Below, piece by piece: positions 20,228 to 30,834 of a stretch of 64,000 bases of DNA (the stretch's first letter is position 1; each line of letters opens with the position of its first letter). The position numbers and the translations under genes are program-made. The stretch lies in contig CALLAT010000009.1 of NCBI GenBank assembly GCA_938002085.1, forward strand, positions 75,450 through 139,449. The letters are read 5' to 3'. This DNA comes from an uncultured Pseudanabaenaceae cyanobacterium (GTDB taxonomy: Bacteria > Cyanobacteriota > Cyanobacteriia > PCC-9006 > JAAUQQ01). A model generated the notes under the pieces. That model was not told where the DNA came from, did not search any database, and worked only from the letters and a program-made list of their open reading frames with translations.

Positions 20228-22537
20228 TTAGTTTTGGCTCCCGTTTTCTGAAAGCTCAACTCTTCGGAGGGCAACGCCAAGCCTCCTATCATCTTCAGAT
20301 AGAGATTGTGATGCCGGCGAAGTTGCATTAGGCACTTCAATTCTCACATTTATATATTGTTGCTTTAGATCATTCTTTGATAATGAGAGTGAATAGTTAC
20401 TAGCCTCACTATTCGTTACGCTGATGGTGCGTACGAGACGGTCATTGAGGTAGAGATAGATATCCTGTGGAGCATCCTCTGAAGCAGCATAGGTGCTCAT
20501 AATAAGCTCTAAATTTGCACTTTTGGCGTGCTCTGAGAAATACCGAGCAGGAAGTAACTGCAAATTTGCGCTAGGCCCAGACCAAACAAATGTTTCATCT
20601 AATCCTTGCCAACCCTGATCCAAAACAGATGCTATCTCCATTCGAGAAGCACAACTTTCTCCGACTTGAATGGCTGTTTCCTTCGAGTTTAAGCCGTCTT
20701 TCTTTTTCTTCGTCTCTCCAGTCGTTTGATGGAGGGTCACAACTGAATACAAGTCCTTCTCAACAACTTGATAGTTTGAGAGATTCCTTAGTGCAGAAAT
20801 AGAAGAACTAAATGCTTGTTTTTGCTTTTCTACATGTAGTTGCTTCTCATCCCAATAATGTGCACCTTTAAGCGTATCCATATAAGTCAATACGACTGCA
20901 TCAGCTGTCTGATTCTGTAAAATCGCTCCGACTCGCTCTGTAAGACATTCTCCTGCCCCCCCAAAAGGAAGTGTTCTCAAGAGATAAGGCCATGTTTCAC
21001 GAGCTTTCTCAAAATTCTTGTCTCCTCCTATGTTATATGTTTGGTATCCTCCCGTAGAAGCAATGTAGTTCACTATAAAATCATTGTAAATAGGTAAAAA
21101 AACGACCTTGTTCTCGGCATTAAAAATTTGGGAAAGGTAAGAGAAGCTAGAATCAACCTCCATTATCTCCTCCCTAAATCGGATTCCTGTCCATATCCTA
21201 GATGTGGGATTAGGGCAATTCCCAGCAATCAGTAAAGAAGTTAGGAATAAGGATATTAACTTATCTTTCCTTGTATGCTTTTCCTCTAACTCAAGAAATA
21301 GCAATACTGTTATGCCAAAAAATCCTGTAAACATTAATCCAGACCAGCGGTATGATGCTCGCATATTGCGAAACCCTGGCAGAGATCTGGATATAAAGGC
21401 ACTGCCAGTGGGGGCGATTGCAGCAGATTCTGGCATCACTCCTCCATCAATAATAGGGAGAGCTGATAGCTCTCCTACACGAATAGAGTTGAATTTTAAG
21501 GAAGGACCTAGCGATAAATAGAAGCCTAAGATCGATATTAAGAGTAAAGGTAGTACGAACTTTGACTTTCGCCCTTTTAAAAGTCCGAACCCACTTACAA
21601 GAATAAGAGGTAGAGAAAAAGTTGTCTGCCAAACGGATGCATCACCAAAAAAAAGTTTACCGCTACGTCGAGTACTGATCTGTAGAAAGTCCCACAATGC
21701 TGCAATGCCCTTAGATGGACGGAATAGCATGACTAAATCTATTCCCCATCCACGAAAAGCATCTATGCTGGATGGATTATAGTGAGTTGTACTCAGATAT
21801 GAGGTGTAGACAACGTAGGCAAACAAAAGTGAAATGCAGGCGATTATAAATATTTTGAATTTATGCTTAAATTCCCATTTTCTATCTATCCAAGCTGCAA
21901 GAAAAGTTAGTAAGAAACCAACTGCATGCATCATAAATGTATAGCCATCCATGAAAATAGATAACATGCTGACTAAACTGAATGTTATGAATCCTTTTAT
22001 GCAGCTAGATGAAAAGGAATTACTTTGAGAGCATTCGTAGACTAAATATAGTGATGCATAAATATAAAGTGGAAGCAGCGCAAAGCCAAATGAAACGTAG
22101 GAGTAACCTGCATGGACCCAAACAATAGGTAATGTCAAATAAATGGGAGCCAATGCAGCGCCCATCTTAAATGTCCCTCCCAGCAACTGGCATAGCTTTA
22201 TCGCTCCAAATAGTGATAAAGCCAACCAAAAAATAGCACATACAGAATAAGCATCTGCCGAGTGCAGGCCTAGAAACTGAATTAAGAAGCTTTGAAGGAT
22301 AGTGCTTGGTAGACCCAGAGGGATAGGTGCGGGGATTGGAATACCAAAATTAGTGGCTTTAATTGCAAAACCACCTACATTCGCAAAAGATTCTGCAAAT
22401 CCAGAAGCCCACAAAATTTGGCCTAGTGTAGGAATTGAGATACCAGGAATAGCTCCATAGACAATGACAATAATCGTCAAAGATAGGAAATAGCTAAAGC
22501 CAGAACTCTTGAGTAGTAAATTTTTCTTATCGCTCAT
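20228..22537 (-). CDS. Large polytopic membrane protein, probable GT-C-fold glycosyltransferase
   Basis: About 11-13 TM segments, LSLGP and FRNMRASYRW motifs, C-terminal soluble domain ending DDRRLGVAL; AT-rich. Confidence 0.6.
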   Translation of the reverse strand: MSDKKNLLLKSSGFSYFLSLTIIVIVYGAIPGISIPTLGQILWASGFAESFANVGGFAIKATNFGIPIPAPIPLGLPSTILQSFLIQFLGLHSADAYSVCAIFWLALSLFGAIKLCQLLGGTFKMGAALAPIYLTLPIVWVHAGYSYVSFGFALLPLYIYASLYLVYECSQSNSFSSSCIKGFITFSLVSMLSIFMDGYTFMMHAVGFLLTFLAAWIDRKWEFKHKFKIFIIACISLLFAYVVYTSYLSTTHYNPSSIDAFRGWGIDLVMLFRPSKGIAALWDFLQISTRRSGKLFFGDASVWQTTFSLPLILVSGFGLLKGRKSKFVLPLLLISILGFYLSLGPSLKFNSIRVGELSALPIIDGGVMPESAAIAPTGSAFISRSLPGFRNMRASYRWSGLMFTGFFGITVLLFLELEEKHTRKDKLISLFLTSLLIAGNCPNPTSRIWTGIRFREEIMEVDSSFSYLSQIFNAENKVVFLPIYNDFIVNYIASTGGYQTYNIGGDKNFEKARETWPYLLRTLPFGGAGECLTERVGAILQNQTADAVVLTYMDTLKGAHYWDEKQLHVEKQKQAFSSSISALRNLSNYQVVEKDLYSVVTLHQTTGETKKKKDGLNSKETAIQVGESCASRMEIASVLDQGWQGLDETFVWSGPSANLQLLPARYFSEHAKSANLELIMSTYAASEDAPQDIYLYLNDRLVRTISVTNSEASNYSLSLSKNDLKQQYINVRIEVPNATSPASQSLSEDDRRLGVALRRVELSENGSQN

Positions 22538-22782
22538 CTAGGATAGGCTCTCTTTTTAGATTCTTTTTTAAGTCAAGCTTGATCAGCATATTCACTTCGA
22601 AGGGAAAGACGAGAAATGCAGATATGCCGATCTTTTAGAAGTTGAAATAGGTTAAAAATTTAGTCGGATAAAATATTTCTTCGTGTATTTTTTTACATAA
22701 TAAAGGTTGGTTTATACTCTAGCTCTCCCTTAAAAAATCTCTTGTAATACCGACGCAGACCTTTGTAAGCATACCGAGATAA

Positions 22783-23775
22783 TTAGCTTCGTTTATACAA
22801 TAAAGATGTCCAGCCTAAGCCTGCATATATTCCAGACATTGCTAAGACAAAAGCATGCATACTCACACCTGCAATCAGAACTTTCTCAGGGTCTAGGCCA
22901 AGTAAAGAGAATCCCATCACCCATCCAGCCTCAAGCGTTCCGACACTACCTAAAGTATTAATGGGTAGGAGTTGTGTCAGACTAGCCAGGCTCGATCCAA
23001 CAATAACCTCTTGCCATGAGACGACTAAGCCTGCAGCACTCAGAAAGAGATTAAATAAACTGAGAAGAGACACCCAAATCAATCCTGAACACATAAATAG
23101 TTGAAAATGCAGTCTTATATCCTTGTATAGGCGTAACTCTTGATAGACCTGGGCTATCAGCTTAGATACCTTTCTAACTAAACGATGAATAGAAGTAGAG
23201 AATATATTCCTCTGACGACGTTTGGCAGTCACTCGCAAATGGAGACTATCTCTATATTTGATGTAGAGGAAGTACAAGATAGAGAATGCCATGAGAGCTA
23301 AAGCGACTTGCCCAACTAAAATCCATGAGATACTTGGCACTTGAAAATTGACTTGAAGCTGCTGACTGAGCTTCCATATACCAACAAGGACACAGCATAA
23401 TAGAAGTAGTGCATCATACAATCTAGCAATAATTAAGCAGGCGAGAGATGACGAGTATTTTGATTTTCCATACTTCTCTAGTAGGAATGGGAAGCTCATC
23501 TCTCCACTGCGCATAGGCAATATGTGGTTGAGGAATTGGTGGATGCATGTCACTCGCAACACCGTAAAAGGATGTGGATTTCCTTGAGTGGAGAGTAAGA
23601 TCTGAAATCGAGTTGCTCTAACCGACTGATTAAAAAAAACTAAGAAGGCAACTAGAAATATATTCTCTAAACTAAAGCTAGTGATGGCTGACTTAAAGCT
23701 TTCTACATCAACTACGACTATTAAAATGACGCAGAGTAGAAGAGTAAAAAAACTAATTCCGAGAAATTGCTTCAC
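22783..23775 (-). CDS. Lysylphosphatidylglycerol-synthase TM / flippase-like membrane protein
   Basis: RATRF, NHILPMRSGE, ARLYD, LPINTLGSVGTLE motifs. Confidence 0.75.
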   Translation of the reverse strand: MKQFLGISFFTLLLCVILIVVVDVESFKSAITSFSLENIFLVAFLVFFNQSVRATRFQILLSTQGNPHPFTVLRVTCIHQFLNHILPMRSGEMSFPFLLEKYGKSKYSSSLACLIIARLYDALLLLCCVLVGIWKLSQQLQVNFQVPSISWILVGQVALALMAFSILYFLYIKYRDSLHLRVTAKRRQRNIFSTSIHRLVRKVSKLIAQVYQELRLYKDIRLHFQLFMCSGLIWVSLLSLFNLFLSAAGLVVSWQEVIVGSSLASLTQLLPINTLGSVGTLEAGWVMGFSLLGLDPEKVLIAGVSMHAFVLAMSGIYAGLGWTSLLYKRS

Positions 23776-23867
23776 TGATGCTGTTGGTTTAATATCTCCG
23801 TTGAAAGACTAGCAGAAAAGAGAGCTTGAGATAAAAGGATGGCTCTCAAATAAATCAAAACGGCTAA

Positions 23868-24503
23868 TTACTTAGCACGTAAGAGTAGTACCGTCCAAGG
23901 CAGTGGAGAAGCTACGGCCAAAATGTCAAACTTCTGACTGACAAGATTGATAAATCCTCGCTTTGACCAATGCTGTAGATGAGCAGGGCAGTTACCCCAG
24001 GAGGTTATATAGGCACCTCTGGCGAAGTTCATTGCCCTAAAAATAGGCTCCCTTGGCACACTGAGCAGGGCATAAGGTTTGGCTGCGGTATGCAAATTGT
24101 TGAGTCCTTGAATAGGATCCTCTAAATGCTCTAGCACTTCACAACAAACAACCATTTCAGCTTCTTTAGAGTCGTGCGAAAGGGTGTATATGCTTTGCTT
24201 CTTAAAAACAACTCGCTTGGAGTCTACATTTTGCTTGGCTTCTTGAATAATGGCGTCAGAGATATCTAATGCTTCGATTTCTGCAGAAGAATTCTGCAAA
24301 ATAATCTGGGTGATATGTCCTTCTCCACAGCCAACCTCTAACACATCAGTCGGCTGAATCTCTCTGATGAAGGATGCAATGGTTTTGTCAAAATTACTAA
24401 GGAGTAAACGCCCAATTGGGTTGCGAGTTTTATACTTGACTCCAGAGCCAACTACCACACTACCTTCAAATTTGAATGGGCTCTTTTTATAAGTGCTGCT
24501 CAT
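23868..24503 (-). CDS. Class I SAM-dependent methyltransferase
   Basis: VLEVGCGEG, CEVLEHLEDP, SVPREP. Confidence 0.85.
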   Translation of the reverse strand: MSSTYKKSPFKFEGSVVVGSGVKYKTRNPIGRLLLSNFDKTIASFIREIQPTDVLEVGCGEGHITQIILQNSSAEIEALDISDAIIQEAKQNVDSKRVVFKKQSIYTLSHDSKEAEMVVCCEVLEHLEDPIQGLNNLHTAAKPYALLSVPREPIFRAMNFARGAYITSWGNCPAHLQHWSKRGFINLVSQKFDILAVASPLPWTVLLLRAK

Positions 24504-24569
24504 ATTCGTCCAACCTTTTCGAAAAATACTGTCTAAATAGATGAAGAAATAAGTTTTTGTTGTCGTTCT

Positions 24570-25193
24570 CTAGCTATTCCTAGAGGCAGAAACGGGAATA
24601 TTTCCCTTTATTTTTCCGGCCTCAATAGATGACGTCGTAAATTCTGGAGACAGGACAACCATTTGATTCGCACCCAGCAAAAAGCGCCTATAGATAAGAA
24701 TTGGGCAGTCCGCAATTTGGGCTATACGCTGTAAAGATGACCTGTCCAACAGCATTTCATGCTCTTCGCTCGCATGGGCACTGAATAACCCCAGCTTTGC
24801 CCCGACATCATGGACCCATTCCAGGCTTGGGTGGGGGGTTGTTAAGACGATCCGACTCTGGCGATTAGGTTGAAGATAGCGGCATAGGTTTTTCAGAAAT
24901 AGATCGGGTTGAGGCACATGCTCAATAACTGCTAAAGAAACGACTGTATCGAAACTTGTTGGTTTTGGCATTTCCATTTGGAATTTATGCCTGGGGAATC
25001 GATGTCGAGCAATGTTGATTGATTCCTCATCATAGTCAACACCAAAATAAAGCTCGGGATCGACTAATGCTGCAAGAGAACCAGCACCACAGCCAATATC
25101 TAAAATGCGACCTCGTAGAAATGGGCTAATTGCTTTGATACGGCATTCTCTTAAGAAAGGAGACAACAAACCTTCGGCACCTTGATCAGCCAT
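24570..25193 (-). CDS. Class I SAM-dependent methyltransferase
   Basis: ILDIGCGAG, LAVIEHV, LTTP. Confidence 0.85.
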   Translation of the reverse strand: MADQGAEGLLSPFLRECRIKAISPFLRGRILDIGCGAGSLAALVDPELYFGVDYDEESINIARHRFPRHKFQMEMPKPTSFDTVVSLAVIEHVPQPDLFLKNLCRYLQPNRQSRIVLTTPHPSLEWVHDVGAKLGLFSAHASEEHEMLLDRSSLQRIAQIADCPILIYRRFLLGANQMVVLSPEFTTSSIEAGKIKGNIPVSASRNS

Positions 25194-25248
25194 CGATCCC
25201 TCTCTAGCTCAACTTTAAACCGTTAAATCTATCCTATTCGAGCCAATA

Positions 25249-26331
25249 TTACAGCTTATGGCTCAATATTGACAGGGTGGCTTCCCCAGTATTCTTCCAG
25301 CTAAAGCGGCTTGCTTGAGCAAGGCCTTGAGTCGCTAGCTGCCTACATAATGCTGCATCCTTTAGTAAGGATTTCATCGCTTGTTCTAGAGCCAGTTGAT
25401 CGGTTAAATCAACCTGTAGTGCTGCCTCTCCCGTTACTTCTGATAGCGCACCTGCATGGCTTGTAATCACTGGTGTCCCACAGGCTAAAGCTTCTAAGAC
25501 TGGCAAGCCAAAGCCTTCCCATGCACTTGGAAAGACAAAGGCGATCGCCTGATTAATCAATCGAGGCAAATCAGCATATGGCACATAGCCCAGGAATTTA
25601 ACTTGCTCTACGACTCCCAGCTCCTTTGCCTGGGCCTTGAGTTTGGGGGTGAAGCGAGGATCTGCAACACCCGCGATCCAGAGCTCACAATCTGAGGATT
25701 TGGGTAATTTGGCAAAGGCGGCGATCGCTTTGTCGATGCCTTTGTAGGGGTCATGGCGACCGATGTAGAGGAAGTAGTTTTTTCGAGGCAGGTCTAAGGG
25801 GTTGAAATGGTCCGCATCGTAGGCCAAGGGAATCGGTGTGATCTTGGATGCAGCTATATTGCCAAAGCGCATGACATCATCTGCTGTGGATTGGGAGTTG
25901 CAGATGATGTGCACGGCTTGGTTCAGAACTTGGGGAACGATGAAACGAAAGTAATTGGTGAGTGGCGATCGCCAGCGGGGAAACCGTAGAGGAATAAAAT
26001 CATGGACCATGACGACGGTGCGGCAGCCTCTCCAAAGTGGCATCTCCGGCACAGGTGAAAAGATGAGTGAGGATTGGTGAGACTTGTAATGGCGAGGAAG
26101 TTCCGTTTGGTTCCACAAGAGGCGGCGAGCATGGCCTTTGGAACCCTGCTCAGGCGTTAGATTGGCCTGGATGGTTTGGGTTTGAAAATTGGGGAAACGC
26201 TGGGGCTGGGCGGTGAGGAGGGTGGGATCGAGTGCTGCAAGATGGGGGACGACGTTCAGGGCATAGGTGCTGATGCCGGTGGGTCGTTCCATCAGCATTG
26301 CTAAGTTGATGAGTAGCCCTGAATCAGTCAT
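25249..26331 (-). CDS. GT4 (group 1) glycosyltransferase
   Basis: VHDFIP, FPSAWEGFGLPVLEALACGTPV. Confidence 0.92.
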   Translation of the reverse strand: MTDSGLLINLAMLMERPTGISTYALNVVPHLAALDPTLLTAQPQRFPNFQTQTIQANLTPEQGSKGHARRLLWNQTELPRHYKSHQSSLIFSPVPEMPLWRGCRTVVMVHDFIPLRFPRWRSPLTNYFRFIVPQVLNQAVHIICNSQSTADDVMRFGNIAASKITPIPLAYDADHFNPLDLPRKNYFLYIGRHDPYKGIDKAIAAFAKLPKSSDCELWIAGVADPRFTPKLKAQAKELGVVEQVKFLGYVPYADLPRLINQAIAFVFPSAWEGFGLPVLEALACGTPVITSHAGALSEVTGEAALQVDLTDQLALEQAMKSLLKDAALCRQLATQGLAQASRFSWKNTGEATLSILSHKL

Positions 26332-26381
26332 CTCGCTGGATGCTCCTCTGTGACTTTGACTGTGCTGGTGTCAATAGAATC

Positions 26382-28184
26382 CTATTGACCTACCATGGCC
26401 TGAAACTCTGAGTTGCGAGCTAGCAATTCGTCGTAGGTTCCAACATCGGCGATCGCGCCTTCCTTCATCCAGTAGATGCGATCGCAGTTGCGAATCGTAC
26501 TCAAGCGATGGGCAATCACCACCAAGGTCTTTTGGCCAATCAGGCTTTCCATCGCTCGGACAATCTCCCGTTCTGTGCCGTTATCCAGGGCTGCTGTGGC
26601 TTCATCCATCACAACGACTTCTGGATTGTGATAAAGCGCGCGGGCAATGGCAATGCGTTGGCGCTGTCCCCCCGAAATTCTGACCCCCTGCTCGCCCACA
26701 CGGCTATTCAAGCGCATGGGCAAACCTCGAATGAAATCTTCGAGTTGTGCTAGACGCAGAACCTGCCAGACTCGATTGTCATCAATGGTGGAATCTGCCA
26801 GTCCAAAGGCGACATTGCGGCGAATTGTATCGTCTGAGAGATAGACCTGCTGCGGAATATAGCCGACCTGTTGTTGCCAAGCCAACAAATTCTTGTCGAT
26901 GGTTTGTCCGTCAACCAGAATCTGTCCCGCCATGGGTTGGAGCAGTCCCAGTAATAGATCCACTAAGGTGGTTTTGCCTGCTCCGGAAGGTCCTGCTAGG
27001 CCAATGGCTTCACCCCGTTTCAGTTCCAGCGAGACCGAATTCAAAGACAGGCTTTTAGAGTCCGGATAGACATAGCTCACCTGGTCTAAAACAATCGATT
27101 CCTGGAGGCTTCGGGGTTGTATGTAGGCTGGCAAACTCTCGTAGCGCGCTAGAAAGTTCTCGTCTTGGGGAATGGCGGTGATATCGGCGTGAACCGCATC
27201 TAGTGCTTTGCTATAGAAACGGATCGTCGTAACCGCAGCCACAATGCGGTTCAGAGACATCATTAGCCGGAATGCGGCGGCGGCAAACAGGGTGAGCAAT
27301 AAAAGCAATGACCGGGGTCGACGTCCCTGGGTTAAGTCCACCACCAGAACCACAAGCAGACAGACGACGGCGAGGGTTTCGATGAATAGGCGGGGTAGCT
27401 TATTGACGAATTGGATGCGCTGGGTCGCTTGGGTATAGCGCTCAACATGGAACCCATAGCGCTCTAAAAAGTAAGGCTCCCGGCCAAGAACTTTGGTCTC
27501 TTTGATGCTGCCTAGACCCTGGTTGACCCACTGGATCATGCGGCCAATGTGGCGATGTTGGCGGCGGCCCCAGAGCTCAATACGTCGCCGAAAACCGTGA
27601 TAAAACACGAGCATAGCGACCCCCAAAAGCGTGACTGCGATCAATGAGGAGATCGGTTCTGCTGCTAGCAACAGCAGGGAGATGCAGATGGCAATTAAAG
27701 ACTCGGTCAACAAAATCATGACGTCGCGCATGACTTCGTTGAATAAATTGGGGATCTCTACGTTGATATTGCGTAGCAGATCCGCTGTGTTGCGCTTGAG
27801 GTGAAATGGATAAGGCTGCTGTAAGTATTGAGATAAGAGTTGCTGGGAAACTTTGCTTTGCTTGCGGTAGATGAACTGGGTTTGCAGATATCCCAACCAA
27901 GCCAAATAACCGTTTTTGCCAATATAGAGACCCATGAGAGCCACGCAGGCCCATTGCACGAAGGTGCGGTAGTCCTCAAATCCTGCGAAATTATAAGCCC
28001 AGCCCACGACGCCGACTTCGCGCACTGCCTTAGCACTACCGAGCAAGCCCACGAAGGAGGGGATAACGCCCACCCCTAAGGTTTCGACAATCGCACCGAT
28101 GAGGGTGAGCGCAACGATGAATAGGAACTCTAGGCGATCACGACTATCCAGAAGACGATTAATCTTGCGAAATATCTGCACCAC
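26382..28184 (-). CDS. ABC transporter permease/ATP-binding fusion (HepA/PglK-like glycan exporter)
   Basis: N-terminal TM domain; GPSGAGKTT, ISGGQRQR, DEATAALD, IAHRLST. Confidence 0.9.
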   Translation of the reverse strand: MVQIFRKINRLLDSRDRLEFLFIVALTLIGAIVETLGVGVIPSFVGLLGSAKAVREVGVVGWAYNFAGFEDYRTFVQWACVALMGLYIGKNGYLAWLGYLQTQFIYRKQSKVSQQLLSQYLQQPYPFHLKRNTADLLRNINVEIPNLFNEVMRDVMILLTESLIAICISLLLLAAEPISSLIAVTLLGVAMLVFYHGFRRRIELWGRRQHRHIGRMIQWVNQGLGSIKETKVLGREPYFLERYGFHVERYTQATQRIQFVNKLPRLFIETLAVVCLLVVLVVDLTQGRRPRSLLLLLTLFAAAAFRLMMSLNRIVAAVTTIRFYSKALDAVHADITAIPQDENFLARYESLPAYIQPRSLQESIVLDQVSYVYPDSKSLSLNSVSLELKRGEAIGLAGPSGAGKTTLVDLLLGLLQPMAGQILVDGQTIDKNLLAWQQQVGYIPQQVYLSDDTIRRNVAFGLADSTIDDNRVWQVLRLAQLEDFIRGLPMRLNSRVGEQGVRISGGQRQRIAIARALYHNPEVVVMDEATAALDNGTEREIVRAMESLIGQKTLVVIAHRLSTIRNCDRIYWMKEGAIADVGTYDELLARNSEFQAMVGQ

Positions 28185-28420
28185 GGCGAGCTGTACCCAT
28201 GAGATTTCCTCGGCTCGAAAGCCGCCTCCATCTTACTGATCAACTGTGCAGCCAGAATAGGACGCTGTTGTTGTATCAATAACGACATTTATTGTTGCGA
28301 TAAGTAAAAATAGCTGAGCTGTGGCTGTGCAGTGATCCAGCCAGGTCCATATTTGCTCAACTAGTAATCTCTCCTTCAGGGATATTTGCTGGCTCCTGGG
28401 TGAAGGATGGGGCACTGCAT

Positions 28421-29413
28421 CTATCTTTCCTGGAGATTTCTGCCTTTGGTGGGTAAGCCATCTTGCCAGACCGTCAGGACCTGGGCGGGACGATGGAGTA
28501 ACTTGCGGCGACGGAACCAAGCCAAATTGGGCAGCGCAATCCAACCCAGCATCTTAATTAGCGTCGTGGGCCAAATCCAGCGTCGCCATCTTAATAGTTC
28601 GACCCCGCTGGTCCAGAGCAATTGGCCTGCAAAAGACCAAAACTGGGCATCGTCAAAGCGACTGATTTGAGTGTCTTGTTCCACCTTGGTTAGGGCATAG
28701 CCCAAAACCCAGCTCTCGGGCACCCGATTAAACTTACTTTGGAGCATCTCTAACACCTCTTGGTGCATCGAGACTGCTTGCCCTAGGGTTTTATTCTCCT
28801 CATGGAGGCGGGAGGCGGCTAGGGGCACTGGTAAATAATGGAAGCGCACTTTCTGACCATAGCGAAGCCACAGCTCGTAATCGAGGCAGTAGTGCAGCGA
28901 AACGTTTAAGGCGCCGAGTTGCTCGATCAGTCGTCGACGAAAGAAGACGGCTGGTTGACAGAGAAAACAGGTTTGCTGAAGGCGTCGGTAGCTCCATTTC
29001 TCTGTGGGAAATGGCTCAATAATATGGTCTGCCTCATCGACCCATTTGGCCTGTCCGTAGACTACGTCTACGTCGTCATGGGCATCGAAAAAAGCCTGCA
29101 CCTGCTCGAAGGCTTGGGGATAGTAAAGATCATCGGAGTTGATCCAGGCGATGATATCTCCTTGGGTCATGGCAATGCCCTTGTTGATCGCATCGGCTTG
29201 GCCCTGGTCCGGTTCGGAAATCCAGCGCAGGCGATCGCCATAGCGCTGCAAAATCTCGACTGTGCCGTCACTACTCCCTCCGTCGCACACCACGTAGTCG
29301 AAGGTCACGTTCTGCTGGGCTAGGACACTCAGAATAGTGCGTTCAATAAATTCCCCTTGGCGGAATGAAGGGGTAATTACACTGAACCTCGGAATACTGC
29401 GCTGGGGAGTCAT
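28421..29413 (-). CDS. GT2 glycosyltransferase
   Basis: SVITPSF, DGGSSDGT, DQGQADAINKG, NSDD, DYELWLR. Start 29413 avoids overlap with the upstream gene. Confidence 0.9.
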   Translation of the reverse strand: MTPQRSIPRFSVITPSFRQGEFIERTILSVLAQQNVTFDYVVCDGGSSDGTVEILQRYGDRLRWISEPDQGQADAINKGIAMTQGDIIAWINSDDLYYPQAFEQVQAFFDAHDDVDVVYGQAKWVDEADHIIEPFPTEKWSYRRLQQTCFLCQPAVFFRRRLIEQLGALNVSLHYCLDYELWLRYGQKVRFHYLPVPLAASRLHEENKTLGQAVSMHQEVLEMLQSKFNRVPESWVLGYALTKVEQDTQISRFDDAQFWSFAGQLLWTSGVELLRWRRWIWPTTLIKMLGWIALPNLAWFRRRKLLHRPAQVLTVWQDGLPTKGRNLQER

Positions 29414-29423
29414 TGTGGCCAAG

Positions 29424-30806
29424 CTAGAGCAGGCTCCGGTAAGCCTTAAGAGTTTCTTCTGCGGTTCTGCGCCAGGAGAACTGTGCTGCCTGGGCATATC
29501 CCTTTTCAATCAAGTTTTCCCGTAGGGCTGAACTGTCAATCAGCTGCCAAATCTGCTCTGCTATTTCTGCCGGCACGTTGGGATTAGCATAGAGAGCTGC
29601 ATCTCCGGCGACCTCGGGCAGAGAAGAGACGTTTGAGGTGACGACTGGAGCCCCTAGGGTCATGGCTTCTAAGACAGGTAGTCCAAATCCCTCGTAGAAA
29701 GAGGGGTAGACAAAGACATCCGCTTTGGAATAAAGGGCTTGAACCTGGCGATCACCCAGATAATTTAAGTGATGAATATTGTCACGCCAAGGGGAGCGAG
29801 CGATCGCTTCAAAAATGGGCTCATAGTGCCAGCCCTTCTTGCCAACGAGCAGTAGATCGTGATCCACGCCATGGTCAGACTTGAGGCGATTAAAAGCTTC
29901 CACTAGGTTGTTGATATTCTTGCGAGGCTCGATTGTACTCACGAAGAGTAAAAAAGGCTTCTTCCTATCATAGGAACTTGACTTCGCTAGGTCATCCAGG
30001 ATTCTATCGGTTTCACCGTAGCGAATCGTACGCACCTCACCGGCTGCAGGACGTGAACTGACCCCCACCGGAGTGGCTAGGGGCATCCGTCCAGCTGAGC
30101 CGCCCTGAAAGCCCTCGGCGATCTGAGAGCGTCGAATGTGATTGCCCGCTGCGACCCCAACTTCTTGCCCTAAACCCACCTTCATCTCCAGGGCAGAGGG
30201 AATGGAACAAGCTGCTGGGGCATATTGGCTGGCCAGCGGAGTCACCCAAACTTTATCTGCATCGACCCCCAGGTACTCAACGATGTCTCGCTTGGAACTC
30301 TCAGAAATCGTGATGACTAGGTCCGTCCAGCTGAGACAACGCTCTACCTGGGCTCGATAGGTCTTGACCACATTGTCGACAAACTCGGGATACCGAATGA
30401 AGGTCAAGTCGTAGATATTCATCACGGTTTTGGCCTTACGAGAAGGACAAACCGAATAATTTGTACCGTGAATAATCCCAGCTTGGTCGAAGCGGCGATC
30501 TATATGGGAGGTCAATAAATGCTGCAACGGCGGTGCATTGTAAGCGCCTGCGAGCAATGGGGTGGATAGACGAACCGGTAGGTCCCAAACATGACAGGGA
30601 TGCTTTCCACAGCTCACATTGGGAACCGAAGGCCGACGCATCAACCAGTTCTTCAACCCAGGTTGAAAAAGAGTTTCCACGGTATAGCCAGGCTCGACAG
30701 ACTCGGCCGCGATCGCCTCTAAGGCTCGCACCAAGTTGATTACATAAAGACCGACCCCACTGGGATAGGGGGTCACTGGCGTCACATCAATCAGCGCCTT
30801 TAACAC
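29424..30806 (-). CDS. GT4 glycosyltransferase with long interdomain insertion
   Basis: IYDL, STIEPRKN, YPSFYEGFGLPVLEAM. Confidence 0.9.
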   Translation of the reverse strand: MLKALIDVTPVTPYPSGVGLYVINLVRALEAIAAESVEPGYTVETLFQPGLKNWLMRRPSVPNVSCGKHPCHVWDLPVRLSTPLLAGAYNAPPLQHLLTSHIDRRFDQAGIIHGTNYSVCPSRKAKTVMNIYDLTFIRYPEFVDNVVKTYRAQVERCLSWTDLVITISESSKRDIVEYLGVDADKVWVTPLASQYAPAACSIPSALEMKVGLGQEVGVAAGNHIRRSQIAEGFQGGSAGRMPLATPVGVSSRPAAGEVRTIRYGETDRILDDLAKSSSYDRKKPFLLFVSTIEPRKNINNLVEAFNRLKSDHGVDHDLLLVGKKGWHYEPIFEAIARSPWRDNIHHLNYLGDRQVQALYSKADVFVYPSFYEGFGLPVLEAMTLGAPVVTSNVSSLPEVAGDAALYANPNVPAEIAEQIWQLIDSSALRENLIEKGYAQAAQFSWRRTAEETLKAYRSLL

Positions 30807-30834
30807 AGGGCAATGATTCTCCTAGCGGACAAAC

